Of a stretch of 32,000 bases of DNA, positions 9,150 to 16,534 are shown in pieces. Under the pieces are notes generated by a model. That model did not search any database, was not told the origin of the DNA, and saw nothing but the letters and a program-made list of their open reading frames with translations. This stretch comes from Candidatus Saccharimonas aalborgensis. Lineage in GTDB: Bacteria; Patescibacteriota; Saccharimonadia; Saccharimonadales; Saccharimonadaceae. The stretch is taken from the NCBI RefSeq assembly GCF_000392435.1, contig NC_021219.1, positions 660,001-692,000 of the forward strand, given 5' to 3'. Numbering within the stretch: position 1 is the stretch's first letter; each line of letters opens with the position of its first letter. The position numbers and the translations under genes were made by a program.

Positions 9150-9342
9150 TTGTAAGATAAGAGATAAGCAATGAAGCAGACTAACCACCTGCAGAGCACG
9201 TGGAAGCGATCGCTGGGCACACGAAAAAGCCTAGGGGTAAGAGTAACGCCAAGGTGGAACCTCCGCTTAGTAAGCGGACCGAGGCACGCGGACACGATGT
9301 GAAACATCGGCAAAACGCGTGTTTTTAATTATTATGGAGGTT
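9150..9342 (+). promoter_or_regulatory. Probable T-box leader of thrS, possibly translational
   Basis: UGGAACC (9255-9261, matching T-box bulge UGGNACC) flanked by GG:CC and UCCGCUU-AGU-AAGCGGA helices. AACCUCC (9258-9264) is exactly complementary to GGAGGUU (9336-9342), which contains the thrS SD. Left boundary approximate; Stem I/specifier not resolved. Confidence 0.65.
9285..9326 (+). terminator. Terminator-like hairpin between T-box element and thrS SD
   Basis: CACGCG...CGATGT-GAA-ACATCG...CGCGTG followed by TTTTT. Confidence 0.45.
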
Positions 9343-9346
9343 ATAT

Positions 9347-11167
9347 ATGAACCAAGAACAGCTCAATGCGATGCGTCATAGCCTTGCACACATAACCGCT
9401 CAGGCGGTTCAACGCCTGTGGCCAGAAGCGAGGTTTGGTGTTGGTCCCGTGGTAGAGAATGGCTTCTACTACGATATCGATGTACCGGGGGTTAAGATAT
9501 CCGAAGACGATTTTGCCAAAATCGAAGCCGAAATGCGCAAGGTAATTGAGGAGAATTTTTCTTTCGAGCGTAGCGAAAAACAAGTTGACGAAGCGATCCA
9601 CTGGGCCGAAAATGCAAAGCAGGTGTACAAGGTAGAGCTACTTAACGACCTTAAGCGTGCCGGCACAACAGTTGCCAAGGATCTAGATGCTTCCGAGATG
9701 GGCACGATCGCTGAGGGTGACGCCGCGGTAGAAAACGTTTCATTCTACACTGATGGTGATTTCACTGATCTTTGTCGTGGTCCGCATGCCGAAAGTACTG
9801 GCAAAGTTGGCGTCTTCAAGCTTATGCGTGTGGCGGGTGCCTACTGGCGCGGTAAAGAGACAAACCCCCAGATGCAACGGCTTTATGGAGTGGCTTTCGC
9901 TAGCCAACAAGAACTCGATACTCATCTTAAAATGCTCGAAGAAGCAAAAGCTCGTGATCACCGTAAACTAGGCAAAGAGCTCGATCTCTTTACGTTTTCT
10001 GAGCTAGTCGGACCCGGTTTGCCACTCTGGACTCCACGCGGCACAATTCTACGCAATAAACTGGATGCATTTGTGCAGACTCTGAGGGATGAAGTTGGCT
10101 TCGAGCAGGTTGCTATTCCTCACATAACCAAGAAAGACTTATATGAACGAAGCGGACACTGGGCAAAATTTTCTGACGAGTTATTCAAATCTCAATCACG
10201 TGAAGGCCATGAATTCGCCCTCAAGCCCATGAATTGTCCGCACCACACACAGATTTACGCCTCTCAACCGCGCAGCTACCGTGACCTGCCAATCCGTTAT
10301 CGTGAAACGACCACTTGTTATCGTGATGAGCAGAGTGGCGAGTTAAACGGTCTAAGTCGTGTGCGAGCATTTAACCAAGACGACGCGCATATTTTCTGTC
10401 GTGCTTCGCAGGTCGAGCATGAAGCGCTGGCTATTTGGGATATAATTGACAAATTTTATGGTGGGCTTGGATTTGGTGAGCTAAAAGTTCGTTTTTCGAC
10501 CCATGATCCCGACAATATGGCCGCTTATCTAGGTGAAGAAGCAAAGTGGCAGGAGGTGGAGTCTCAGCTGCTCAATGTTGTAAAGCATCGAGTCGGCGAT
10601 GCCTTCATGCCAGGCATTGGTGAGGCTGCCTTCTATGGGCCAAAAATTGACTTCATGGCCAAGGACGCACTTGGTCGCACGTGGCAGGTCGCAACAATCC
10701 AGCTTGATTTTAACCAGCCGGAAAACTTTGATTTAACCTGCACTGATGAGCAAGGTAACCCTGAGCGTATTGTTATGGTGCATTGTGCTATTATGGGGTC
10801 GCTCGAGCGCTTTCTTAGCATCTATATTGAACACTCGGCGGGCTGGTTCCCATTTTGGGCAGCTCCTGAGCAAATACGTATTCTTACTATTAACGACACG
10901 GTGAAAGACTATGTTGATGAAATAACATCGATTCTATCAGAGATAGTTTTGATGCAACCACTTAAATACAACGAAGTACGATTTACAACAGATGACCGAA
11001 ACGAATCGCTGGGTAAGAAGATTCGCGCTGCGACGGAGATGAAAATTCCCGTACAACTTATTGTCGGGCCAAAGGACAAGGAAGCTCGACAAGTGAGTCT
11101 TCGTACACGTAGCGGAGAAGAAAAAGTGAACCTCGACGCGTTGGCTGATTACCTAAGAGGCCTATAG
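9347..11167 (+). CDS. thrS: Threonyl-tRNA synthetase, apparently lacking N-terminal TGS domain
   Basis: Editing-domain start MRHSLAHITAQAVQRLWP; catalytic motifs TPRGTILRNKLDAFV, MNCPHHTQIYASQPRSYRDLP, FYGPKIDF; HCAIMGSLERFL. Confidence 0.96.
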   Translation: MNQEQLNAMRHSLAHITAQAVQRLWPEARFGVGPVVENGFYYDIDVPGVKISEDDFAKIEAEMRKVIEENFSFERSEKQVDEAIHWAENAKQVYKVELLNDLKRAGTTVAKDLDASEMGTIAEGDAAVENVSFYTDGDFTDLCRGPHAESTGKVGVFKLMRVAGAYWRGKETNPQMQRLYGVAFASQQELDTHLKMLEEAKARDHRKLGKELDLFTFSELVGPGLPLWTPRGTILRNKLDAFVQTLRDEVGFEQVAIPHITKKDLYERSGHWAKFSDELFKSQSREGHEFALKPMNCPHHTQIYASQPRSYRDLPIRYRETTTCYRDEQSGELNGLSRVRAFNQDDAHIFCRASQVEHEALAIWDIIDKFYGGLGFGELKVRFSTHDPDNMAAYLGEEAKWQEVESQLLNVVKHRVGDAFMPGIGEAAFYGPKIDFMAKDALGRTWQVATIQLDFNQPENFDLTCTDEQGNPERIVMVHCAIMGSLERFLSIYIEHSAGWFPFWAAPEQIRILTINDTVKDYVDEITSILSEIVLMQPLKYNEVRFTTDDRNESLGKKIRAATEMKIPVQLIVGPKDKEARQVSLRTRSGEEKVNLDALADYLRGL

Positions 11168-11485
11168 ATGGTTAATAACGGGAACCTCCAACAGGCAGTT
11201 TACAAGCTGATGTCCATACTGCCAGCTGAAAAAGTGACAACATACGGTGACTTGGCCGTAATGGCGGGGAGCCCCGGGGCGGCGCGAATTGTCGGAGGGA
11301 TCGCGCATAGTGGTCCAGAAGAGTTACCTTGGCATCGGTTAGTAAATGTGCAGGGAGGGTTGGCTATAGGCTACCCAGGAGGGCAGGATGCACAGCGACA
11401 GTTGTTAGCCCATGATGGTATCGATTGCGACAATCAGTATCGGGTTTGTGATTTTGCTACTCGTCGCTGGAGGCCAAAATTGTGA
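11168..11485 (+). CDS. Alkyltransferase-like (ATL) / MGMT-family protein
   Basis: MGMT wHTH signature VTTYGDLAVMAGSPGAARIVGGIA; active-site PCHR replaced by PWHR, as in ATL proteins. Confidence 0.82.
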   Translation: MVNNGNLQQAVYKLMSILPAEKVTTYGDLAVMAGSPGAARIVGGIAHSGPEELPWHRLVNVQGGLAIGYPGGQDAQRQLLAHDGIDCDNQYRVCDFATRRWRPKL

Positions 11486-12378
11486 CTAGGAAAGATTCTA
11501 CAAAAACCGATCTACCTCTTATTGTTATCGTGGGTCCAACGGCTAGCGGCAAGACCGCACTTGCGGTGCGCCTGGCAAAGGAATTTGCGGGTGAAATTAT
11601 CTCTGCCGATTCACGTGCAGTCTATAAGGGGCTTGATATCGGCACTGCCAAGCCGACACACGAGGAGCAGGCTACTGTACCACATTGGGGTATCGATCTG
11701 GTCGAGCCCGGTCAGCGGTTTACAGCGGCAGACTTCAAAGAGTATGCCTTGCAGAAAATCACACAGATTCGTGCACGTGGCAAAATACCCTTTCTGGTTG
11801 GCGGTACCGGACTCTATGTCGATAGTGTAGTTTATGACTATAGTTTTTGTGGTGAGTCAAATGATATGCAGAGCCGAGCTGAGCTTGAAAGGTCTACCCT
11901 AGAAGAACTTTATATATATTGCCATAAACACAACATTAGTTTACCGGAAAATTACAAGAATAAACGACATGTCATCAATGCAATTTTGCGAGATGGCCGT
12001 GCTTTACAGAGAAGTGTGACTAAATCTGACAATACAAGAATTGTGGGTATAACAACGGAAAAAGATATTTTGAGAGAGAGAATTAGCCATCGCGCCGATA
12101 GCATTTTCCGGGATGAGACTTATCTGGAGGCAAAAATAGCGGCAGGGAGGTATGGCTGGGACAACGAAGCCATGACGGGTAACGTTTACCCGCTACTCAA
12201 GCAATATTTCAATAATGAGTTGACGCTAGATGAGGCGAAAGAACGATTTACTGCACTCGATTGGCACCTTGCCAAACGACAGCTCACATGGTTTCGACGC
12301 AATCAAGAAATAGTATGGTTGTCACTCGATAACGCGTATACGTATATTGCTCAGCTACTCGTCCCCAAGAACAAATAG
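11482..12378 (+). CDS. miaA: tRNA dimethylallyltransferase
   Basis: IVIVGPTASGKTALAVRLAKEFAGEIISADSRAVYKGLDIGTAKPT; VGGTGLYVDSVVYD; KRQLTWFRRNQEIVWL. Confidence 0.95.
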   Translation: MTRKDSTKTDLPLIVIVGPTASGKTALAVRLAKEFAGEIISADSRAVYKGLDIGTAKPTHEEQATVPHWGIDLVEPGQRFTAADFKEYALQKITQIRARGKIPFLVGGTGLYVDSVVYDYSFCGESNDMQSRAELERSTLEELYIYCHKHNISLPENYKNKRHVINAILRDGRALQRSVTKSDNTRIVGITTEKDILRERISHRADSIFRDETYLEAKIAAGRYGWDNEAMTGNVYPLLKQYFNNELTLDEAKERFTALDWHLAKRQLTWFRRNQEIVWLSLDNAYTYIAQLLVPKNK

Positions 12379-12414
12379 TGATATCATGGAAACAGAAAAC
12401 AATAGGGGAGATGA

Positions 12415-13008
12415 ATGATTGACGCATTATTTGGTTCAAAGACGAGAGTGAAGTTACTTCACCTTTTTCTAAATAATCCAGGCAAAGCGTTTTATGTCCG
12501 CGAGATTACACGTCTTATTGATGAGCAGATAAATTCTGTTCGTCGTGAGCTTTCAAATATGCTCGAAGTTGGGATAATCGGGAGCTCTAGTACAGACAAC
12601 CGTCTTTATTATGAGGTAAACCAACGCTATGAGCACTACCTACCGTTTAGAAGCATGTTTGCGGATCAAAAGGCACCCCCCGTGTTAGAAAGTAAATCTG
12701 ACTCTGCTCTACCCTGGCTAAAGTATCTTCGGGAAATAAAGGGTGTGCGTCTCGCGGTGATAGCCGGTGTTCTTGTTAGCGGATCAGCAAGCAACATTGA
12801 TCTTTTGCTTGTAGGGGATGCATCTGAGAAAAAAGTTACGGCGCTTGTTAGTATAATTGAAGAATCTGTCGGACGTGAGCTAAGCTATACAGTAATGAAA
12901 TACGACGAGTTTTATTACAGACTTAGCGTTCACGACAGATTTATTACGACAATATTGGCAAATAAGCATTCGGTATTACTTGATTCCGACAACATACTGA
13001 ACGCATAA
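12415..13008 (+). CDS. Winged-helix transcriptional regulator with nucleotidyltransferase-like C-terminal region
   Basis: KTRVKLLHLFLNNPGKAFYVREITRLIDEQINSVRRELSNMLEVGII wHTH; SGSASNIDLLLVGD resembles a degenerate NTase motif. Confidence 0.65.
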   Translation: MIDALFGSKTRVKLLHLFLNNPGKAFYVREITRLIDEQINSVRRELSNMLEVGIIGSSSTDNRLYYEVNQRYEHYLPFRSMFADQKAPPVLESKSDSALPWLKYLREIKGVRLAVIAGVLVSGSASNIDLLLVGDASEKKVTALVSIIEESVGRELSYTVMKYDEFYYRLSVHDRFITTILANKHSVLLDSDNILNA

Positions 13009-13022
13009 AGAAGGAGATACGC

Positions 13023-13658
13023 ATGTTCGAGATCGAATACAAGGGCGCTAATACAGTGGTTATATCAACGAAGAAGACAACACTTGTTGTTGATCCTCGA
13101 CTTTCAGTTGTCGGCCTCAAAGACATAAAGATAAAAGATGAGGTCCAGCTTGTTACTGAGCCACGCTTCAAGGTTGAGAACCGAGAGGCTCGTATAATTA
13201 TCGACGGCCCTGGCGAATACGAAGTCGGCGATTTCGCGATACGTGGTGCGACGGCACAACGGCATATTGATAGCGACGATAGTATAAAGCAAGGTACTAT
13301 CTATAGGATAGAATGTGGGGATGTGAGGCTTGGTATTTTTGGAAACATTTCTGCAAAACTTAGCGACGAACAACTGGAGACGATCGGTGTTGTCGATATC
13401 CTGATCTTACCAATAGGTGGTAGTGGATACACTCTTGATCCTACGGACGCTATAACGCTTATAAGGAACATTGAGCCAAAAGTGGTAATTCCTGTTCACT
13501 ATGCTGATTCTGGGCTACAGTATGAGGTACCACAAGAGACGCTCGACACGTTTACAAAGGAAATTGGGGCTCCGTGTGAAGAAGTACCACGCTATAAACT
13601 AAAAGGTGCTATAAGTATTCCTTCATCTCTGACTGTTGTCGCTATTAGCCGCACATAA
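13023..13658 (+). CDS. MBL-fold (UlaG-like) hydrolase-family protein
   Basis: MFEIEYKGANTVVISTKKTTLVVDPRLS; IDILILPIGGSGYTLDPTDAITLIRNIEPKVVIPVHYAD. Confidence 0.72.
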   Translation: MFEIEYKGANTVVISTKKTTLVVDPRLSVVGLKDIKIKDEVQLVTEPRFKVENREARIIIDGPGEYEVGDFAIRGATAQRHIDSDDSIKQGTIYRIECGDVRLGIFGNISAKLSDEQLETIGVVDILILPIGGSGYTLDPTDAITLIRNIEPKVVIPVHYADSGLQYEVPQETLDTFTKEIGAPCEEVPRYKLKGAISIPSSLTVVAISRT

Positions 13659-13665
13659 CAACTGG

Positions 13666-13689
13666 GGGTTCCCTCGCAGGAGGGAACCC
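13666..13689. terminator. Strong inverted repeat between converging genes
   Basis: GGGTTCCCTC-GCAG-GAGGGAACCC, 10-bp perfect stem; weak flanking T content. Confidence 0.6.
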
Positions 13690-13746
13690 ATTAAACTTTA
13701 TCGCTAGAGTCTTATTATGCGTATGTGTTTTGCGAAAAACTAGCAG

Positions 13747-13953
13747 CTACTTGCCTCCAACAGCAAGAAGGCCTTTTTTCTTTAAGATACGAATTGCTTG
13801 AGTTGATAAAGTCATCGTTACTTTCTTGCCATCAACAGTAAAAGTCTTCTTTTGCAAATTCGGTTTAAATGCGCGCTTTGTACGCCGAAGCGAGAAGCTT
13901 ACATTGTGGCCGAATTGTTTACCTTTGCCGGTGAGTTCACATCGTGACGCCAT
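13747..13953 (-). CDS. rpmB: 50S ribosomal protein L28 (bL28)
   Basis: MASRCELTGKGKQFGHNVSFSLRRTKRAFKPNLQKKTF. Confidence 0.95.
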   Translation of the reverse strand: MASRCELTGKGKQFGHNVSFSLRRTKRAFKPNLQKKTFTVDGKKVTMTLSTQAIRILKKKGLLAVGGK

Positions 13954-14052
13954 TTTGGTTACTTCTCCACTTGACCTATTATTATAATCCGTCTTATTCT
14001 ACTCTGTTAAGAGGTTTTAGTCAATAGTTCCGCATGCTATACTTAAATAACT

Positions 14053-14685
14053 ATGGATATTGGATATATATTTGTTGTTATTGTCGTTATCCTTGTTTCG
14101 ATGACCTTGCATGAGGCAATGCATGGTATGGTGGCGTATTGGTTGGGAGATCATACGGCTAAACTGCAGGGCCGGTTGTCGTTTAATCCGCTTGTCCACA
14201 TTGATCCTTTTTTGACTCTCTTTCTTCCGGTTATACTTGCGCTGACCGGTTTGCCTATTTTTGGTGGGGCGAAGCCAGTTCCTTTCAATCCGTATGCACT
14301 TAAGTTCAAAGAGTGGGGCTCAGCTCTAGTCGCAATAGCCGGACCTCTGACAAACTTACTCTTAGCTTTTGTGTCGTACGGGTTATTTGCAGTGGTTCAT
14401 AGCTCTGGAGATTCTTTTGTCTCATCTGTTTTTGCTACTAGTGCTATTGTTAACCTTGGTTTTTTTGCATTCAATATCCTACCTTTTCCTCCACTTGATG
14501 GATCACGTGTTGCATATGCGCTTGCTCCTGATTTCGTACGTCGAGCTATGGAACGTGTGGAGCAGTATGGACTATTCCTGGTCTTTGCTATTGTTCTTAT
14601 TGCGTCTCCAATTCTGTCTGATGTCATCATGTTCATCAGCCATTTTTTCCTAAACGCATTTTCCAAGGTATTTGTCGGGATTTAG
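14053..14685 (+). CDS. Site-2 protease-like peptidase M50 family membrane protein
   Basis: HEAMH metalloprotease motif; GRLSFNPLVHIDPF; GPLTNLLLA; NILPFPPLDGSRV. Confidence 0.9.
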   Translation: MDIGYIFVVIVVILVSMTLHEAMHGMVAYWLGDHTAKLQGRLSFNPLVHIDPFLTLFLPVILALTGLPIFGGAKPVPFNPYALKFKEWGSALVAIAGPLTNLLLAFVSYGLFAVVHSSGDSFVSSVFATSAIVNLGFFAFNILPFPPLDGSRVAYALAPDFVRRAMERVEQYGLFLVFAIVLIASPILSDVIMFISHFFLNAFSKVFVGI

Positions 14686-14706
14686 AGATAGGAGTATAAT
14701 AGTGAT

Positions 14707-14852
14707 GTCCCAGGAACCATCAAGGCGTGTATGATTTTCCTAACATCATAGATATGGGATTTCAACATTTATCACTCTCGAGGGAGTGGTGTGAGAAAAC
14801 CCACCTTGCATATATGCGGGGAATATCTAGCGCCAACGATGCTGGGACTTTT
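14707..14852 (+). ncRNA. Candidate structured noncoding RNA of unknown family
   Basis: TATAAT at 14695-14700; closing complementarity GTCCCAG (14707-14713) / CTGGGAC (14842-14848) followed by TTTT; internal ATGAT/ATCAT and CACTC/GAGTG hairpins and CAAGG/CCTTG pairing. Confidence 0.4.
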
Positions 14853-14861
14853 ATGACTTAA

Positions 14862-14938
14862 CGGGATGTGGCGCAGCCTGGTAGCGCGCACGGCTGGGGG
14901 CCGTGAGGTCGCAAGTTCAAGTCTTGTCATCCCGACCA
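14862..14938 (+). tRNA. tRNA-Pro(GGG), CCA encoded
   Basis: CGGGATGTGGCGCAGCCTGGTAGCGCGCACGG-CTGGGGG-CCGTG...CATCCCGACCA. Confidence 0.94.
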
Positions 14939-14992
14939 GGAATCAAATAATAAATTGGCAAAAATAATAAAGAAACACTATACTAGTCAGTA

Positions 14993-15346
14993 GCAGTTGA
15001 TTAGGCAATCGCTCGCCCTCATGGGCTAGAGGAAAGTCCGGGCAGCATAGGATACAACAGTCGCTAACGGCGACCGGGGGTGACCCTAGGGAAAGTGCCA
15101 CAGAAACGATACCGCCATCTCAAACAACAACTTGTTGCGACTGATGGTAAGGGTGAAAGGAGTGGGGTAAAAGCCCACAGTCGACCGCGGTGACGCGGAA
15201 GAGAGGTAAACCCTGTTGGCTGCAAGGTGGCTGGTACACATAGGGCTATCCGTCCGTGCCAACCGATATCCGCTTGATCCGCCTGGCAACAGACGTGGCT
15301 AGATAGATGATTGTCCTCGACAGAACCCGGCTTACAAATCAACTGC
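14993..15346 (+). ncRNA. rnpB: RNase P RNA (class A-like)
   Basis: Conserved GAGGAAAGTCCGGGC and AGAACCCGGCTTA; P1 ends pair perfectly (GCAGTTGATT / AATCAACTGC). TATACT box at 14979-14984. Confidence 0.95.
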
Positions 15347-15350
15347 ATAT

Positions 15351-15379
15351 AAAAATCTCCGCATAACGCGGAGATTTTT
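15351..15379. terminator. Bidirectional terminator shared by rnpB and rplT
   Basis: AAAAATCTCCGC-ATAAC-GCGGAGATTTTT, 12-bp stem with A/T flanks. Confidence 0.85.
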
Positions 15380-15400
15380 ATAGATACCACAGAAAATGTG

Positions 15401-15745
15401 TTATTTTGAGACACTTTTCACGAGCGAAGAAAACGCTTTCGGATCATTCACTGCCAATTCGGCGAGTACCTTACGGTCTAGTTCGACTCCAGAGGCTCGC
15501 AGACTGGAAATGAGTTTACCGTATGTTGTGCCGTTTTCCCTTGCGGCGGCATTGATACGAGTAATCCATAAACTACGAATAGTTCGCTTTTTGTTGCGAC
15601 GATCTCGGTAAGCGTACTGGAGCGCACGGATAACTGCTTGTTTGGCTAGGCGAAAGCTTCGAGTACGATTATGCTGCATGCCTTTTGCGGCAGCTAGGGT
15701 ACTTTTGTGACGTGCGCGTGCTGTTACACTACGTTTTACTCTCAT
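15401..15745 (-). CDS. rplT: 50S ribosomal protein L20 (bL20)
   Basis: [72 protein letters not shown]. Confidence 0.96.
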   Translation of the reverse strand: MRVKRSVTARARHKSTLAAAKGMQHNRTRSFRLAKQAVIRALQYAYRDRRNKKRTIRSLWITRINAAARENGTTYGKLISSLRASGVELDRKVLAELAVNDPKAFSSLVKSVSK

Positions 15746-15749
15746 GAAA

Positions 15750-15944
15750 TCACACTCCTAGAACTCGTTTAATGTTTTTTGCCATACTACCCGATACCGT
15801 AGCAGAGGTATTAATTGTACGCTTACGCGACTTACTCTTCTTGGAGAGCATATGATTGCCGAACGCGCGTCGGCGGGTAAGTTTGCCGGTACTGGTTAGC
15901 TTGATTCGCTTAGCAGTGCCCTTATGGGTCTTTAACTTTGGCAT
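15750..15944 (-). CDS. rpmI: 50S ribosomal protein L35 (bL35)
   Basis: [42 protein letters not shown]. Confidence 0.95.
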   Translation of the reverse strand: MPKLKTHKGTAKRIKLTSTGKLTRRRAFGNHMLSKKSKSRKRTINTSATVSGSMAKNIKRVLGV

Positions 15945-16450
15945 TATTTACTCCTTATTACGATGCTCAGGTTTCTACCTGCCATCAATGGTTTCTGTTC
16001 AAGTACAGCTTCATTTTCTAGTAGCTTGACCATGCGATCGATGAGTTCGTATCCCAGCTCACGGTGCGCCATTTCACGTCCTCGAAAAAAAATAAGAATT
16101 TTGACCTTGTGACCATCCGCGAGGAACTCGCGTATCTTGCGTAGCTTTATCTCGAGATCATTGGCTCCAATCTTGAGGCCAAATCTCATCTGCTTCAGCT
16201 CGCTTGCCTTATTGCTGCGTCGATTTCTTTGTTGTTCTTTCAGTCTTTGATACTGAAACTTACCCCAATCCACGACTTTCACGACGGGTGGTTCCGCATT
16301 TGGTGATATTTCGACCAGGTCGACCCCAGCCTCTTCGGCTAATCGTAGTGCTTCTGTGCGACTCATGACGCCCAGTTGCTCGCCGTTTGTTCCGATGACT
16401 CGTAACTCGGTTGCCCTAATCGCGTCGTTGATACGAATTGAAGTACTGAT
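15944..16450 (-). CDS. infC: Translation initiation factor IF-3, with predicted non-canonical AUC start
   Basis: The ORF track begins at an internal Met (16366). The conserved N-terminus ISTSIRINDAIRATELRVIGTNGEQLGVMSRTEALRLAEEAGVDLVEI is encoded upstream, with AAGGAG 7 nt before ATC (16450-16448) and an in-frame TAG two codons upstream. Confidence 0.85.
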   Translation of the reverse strand: MSTSIRINDAIRATELRVIGTNGEQLGVMSRTEALRLAEEAGVDLVEISPNAEPPVVKVVDWGKFQYQRLKEQQRNRRSNKASELKQMRFGLKIGANDLEIKLRKIREFLADGHKVKILIFFRGREMAHRELGYELIDRMVKLLENEAVLEQKPLMAGRNLSIVIRSK

Positions 16451-16534
16451 TGCCTATCTCCTTTTTTTCGAGTGCTTAATACTATATAAAAAAGCTATAA
16501 CTCTGAGCTAGTGTAACAGATTGAGTTATTTCAA

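Noticed and set aside
15064-15414. 116-aa and 67-aa minus-strand ORFs
   Set aside because: They overlap RNase P RNA (P1 and conserved core motifs clearly present).
15396-15611. 71-aa plus-strand ORF
   Set aside because: Antisense to rplT, which is confidently identified.
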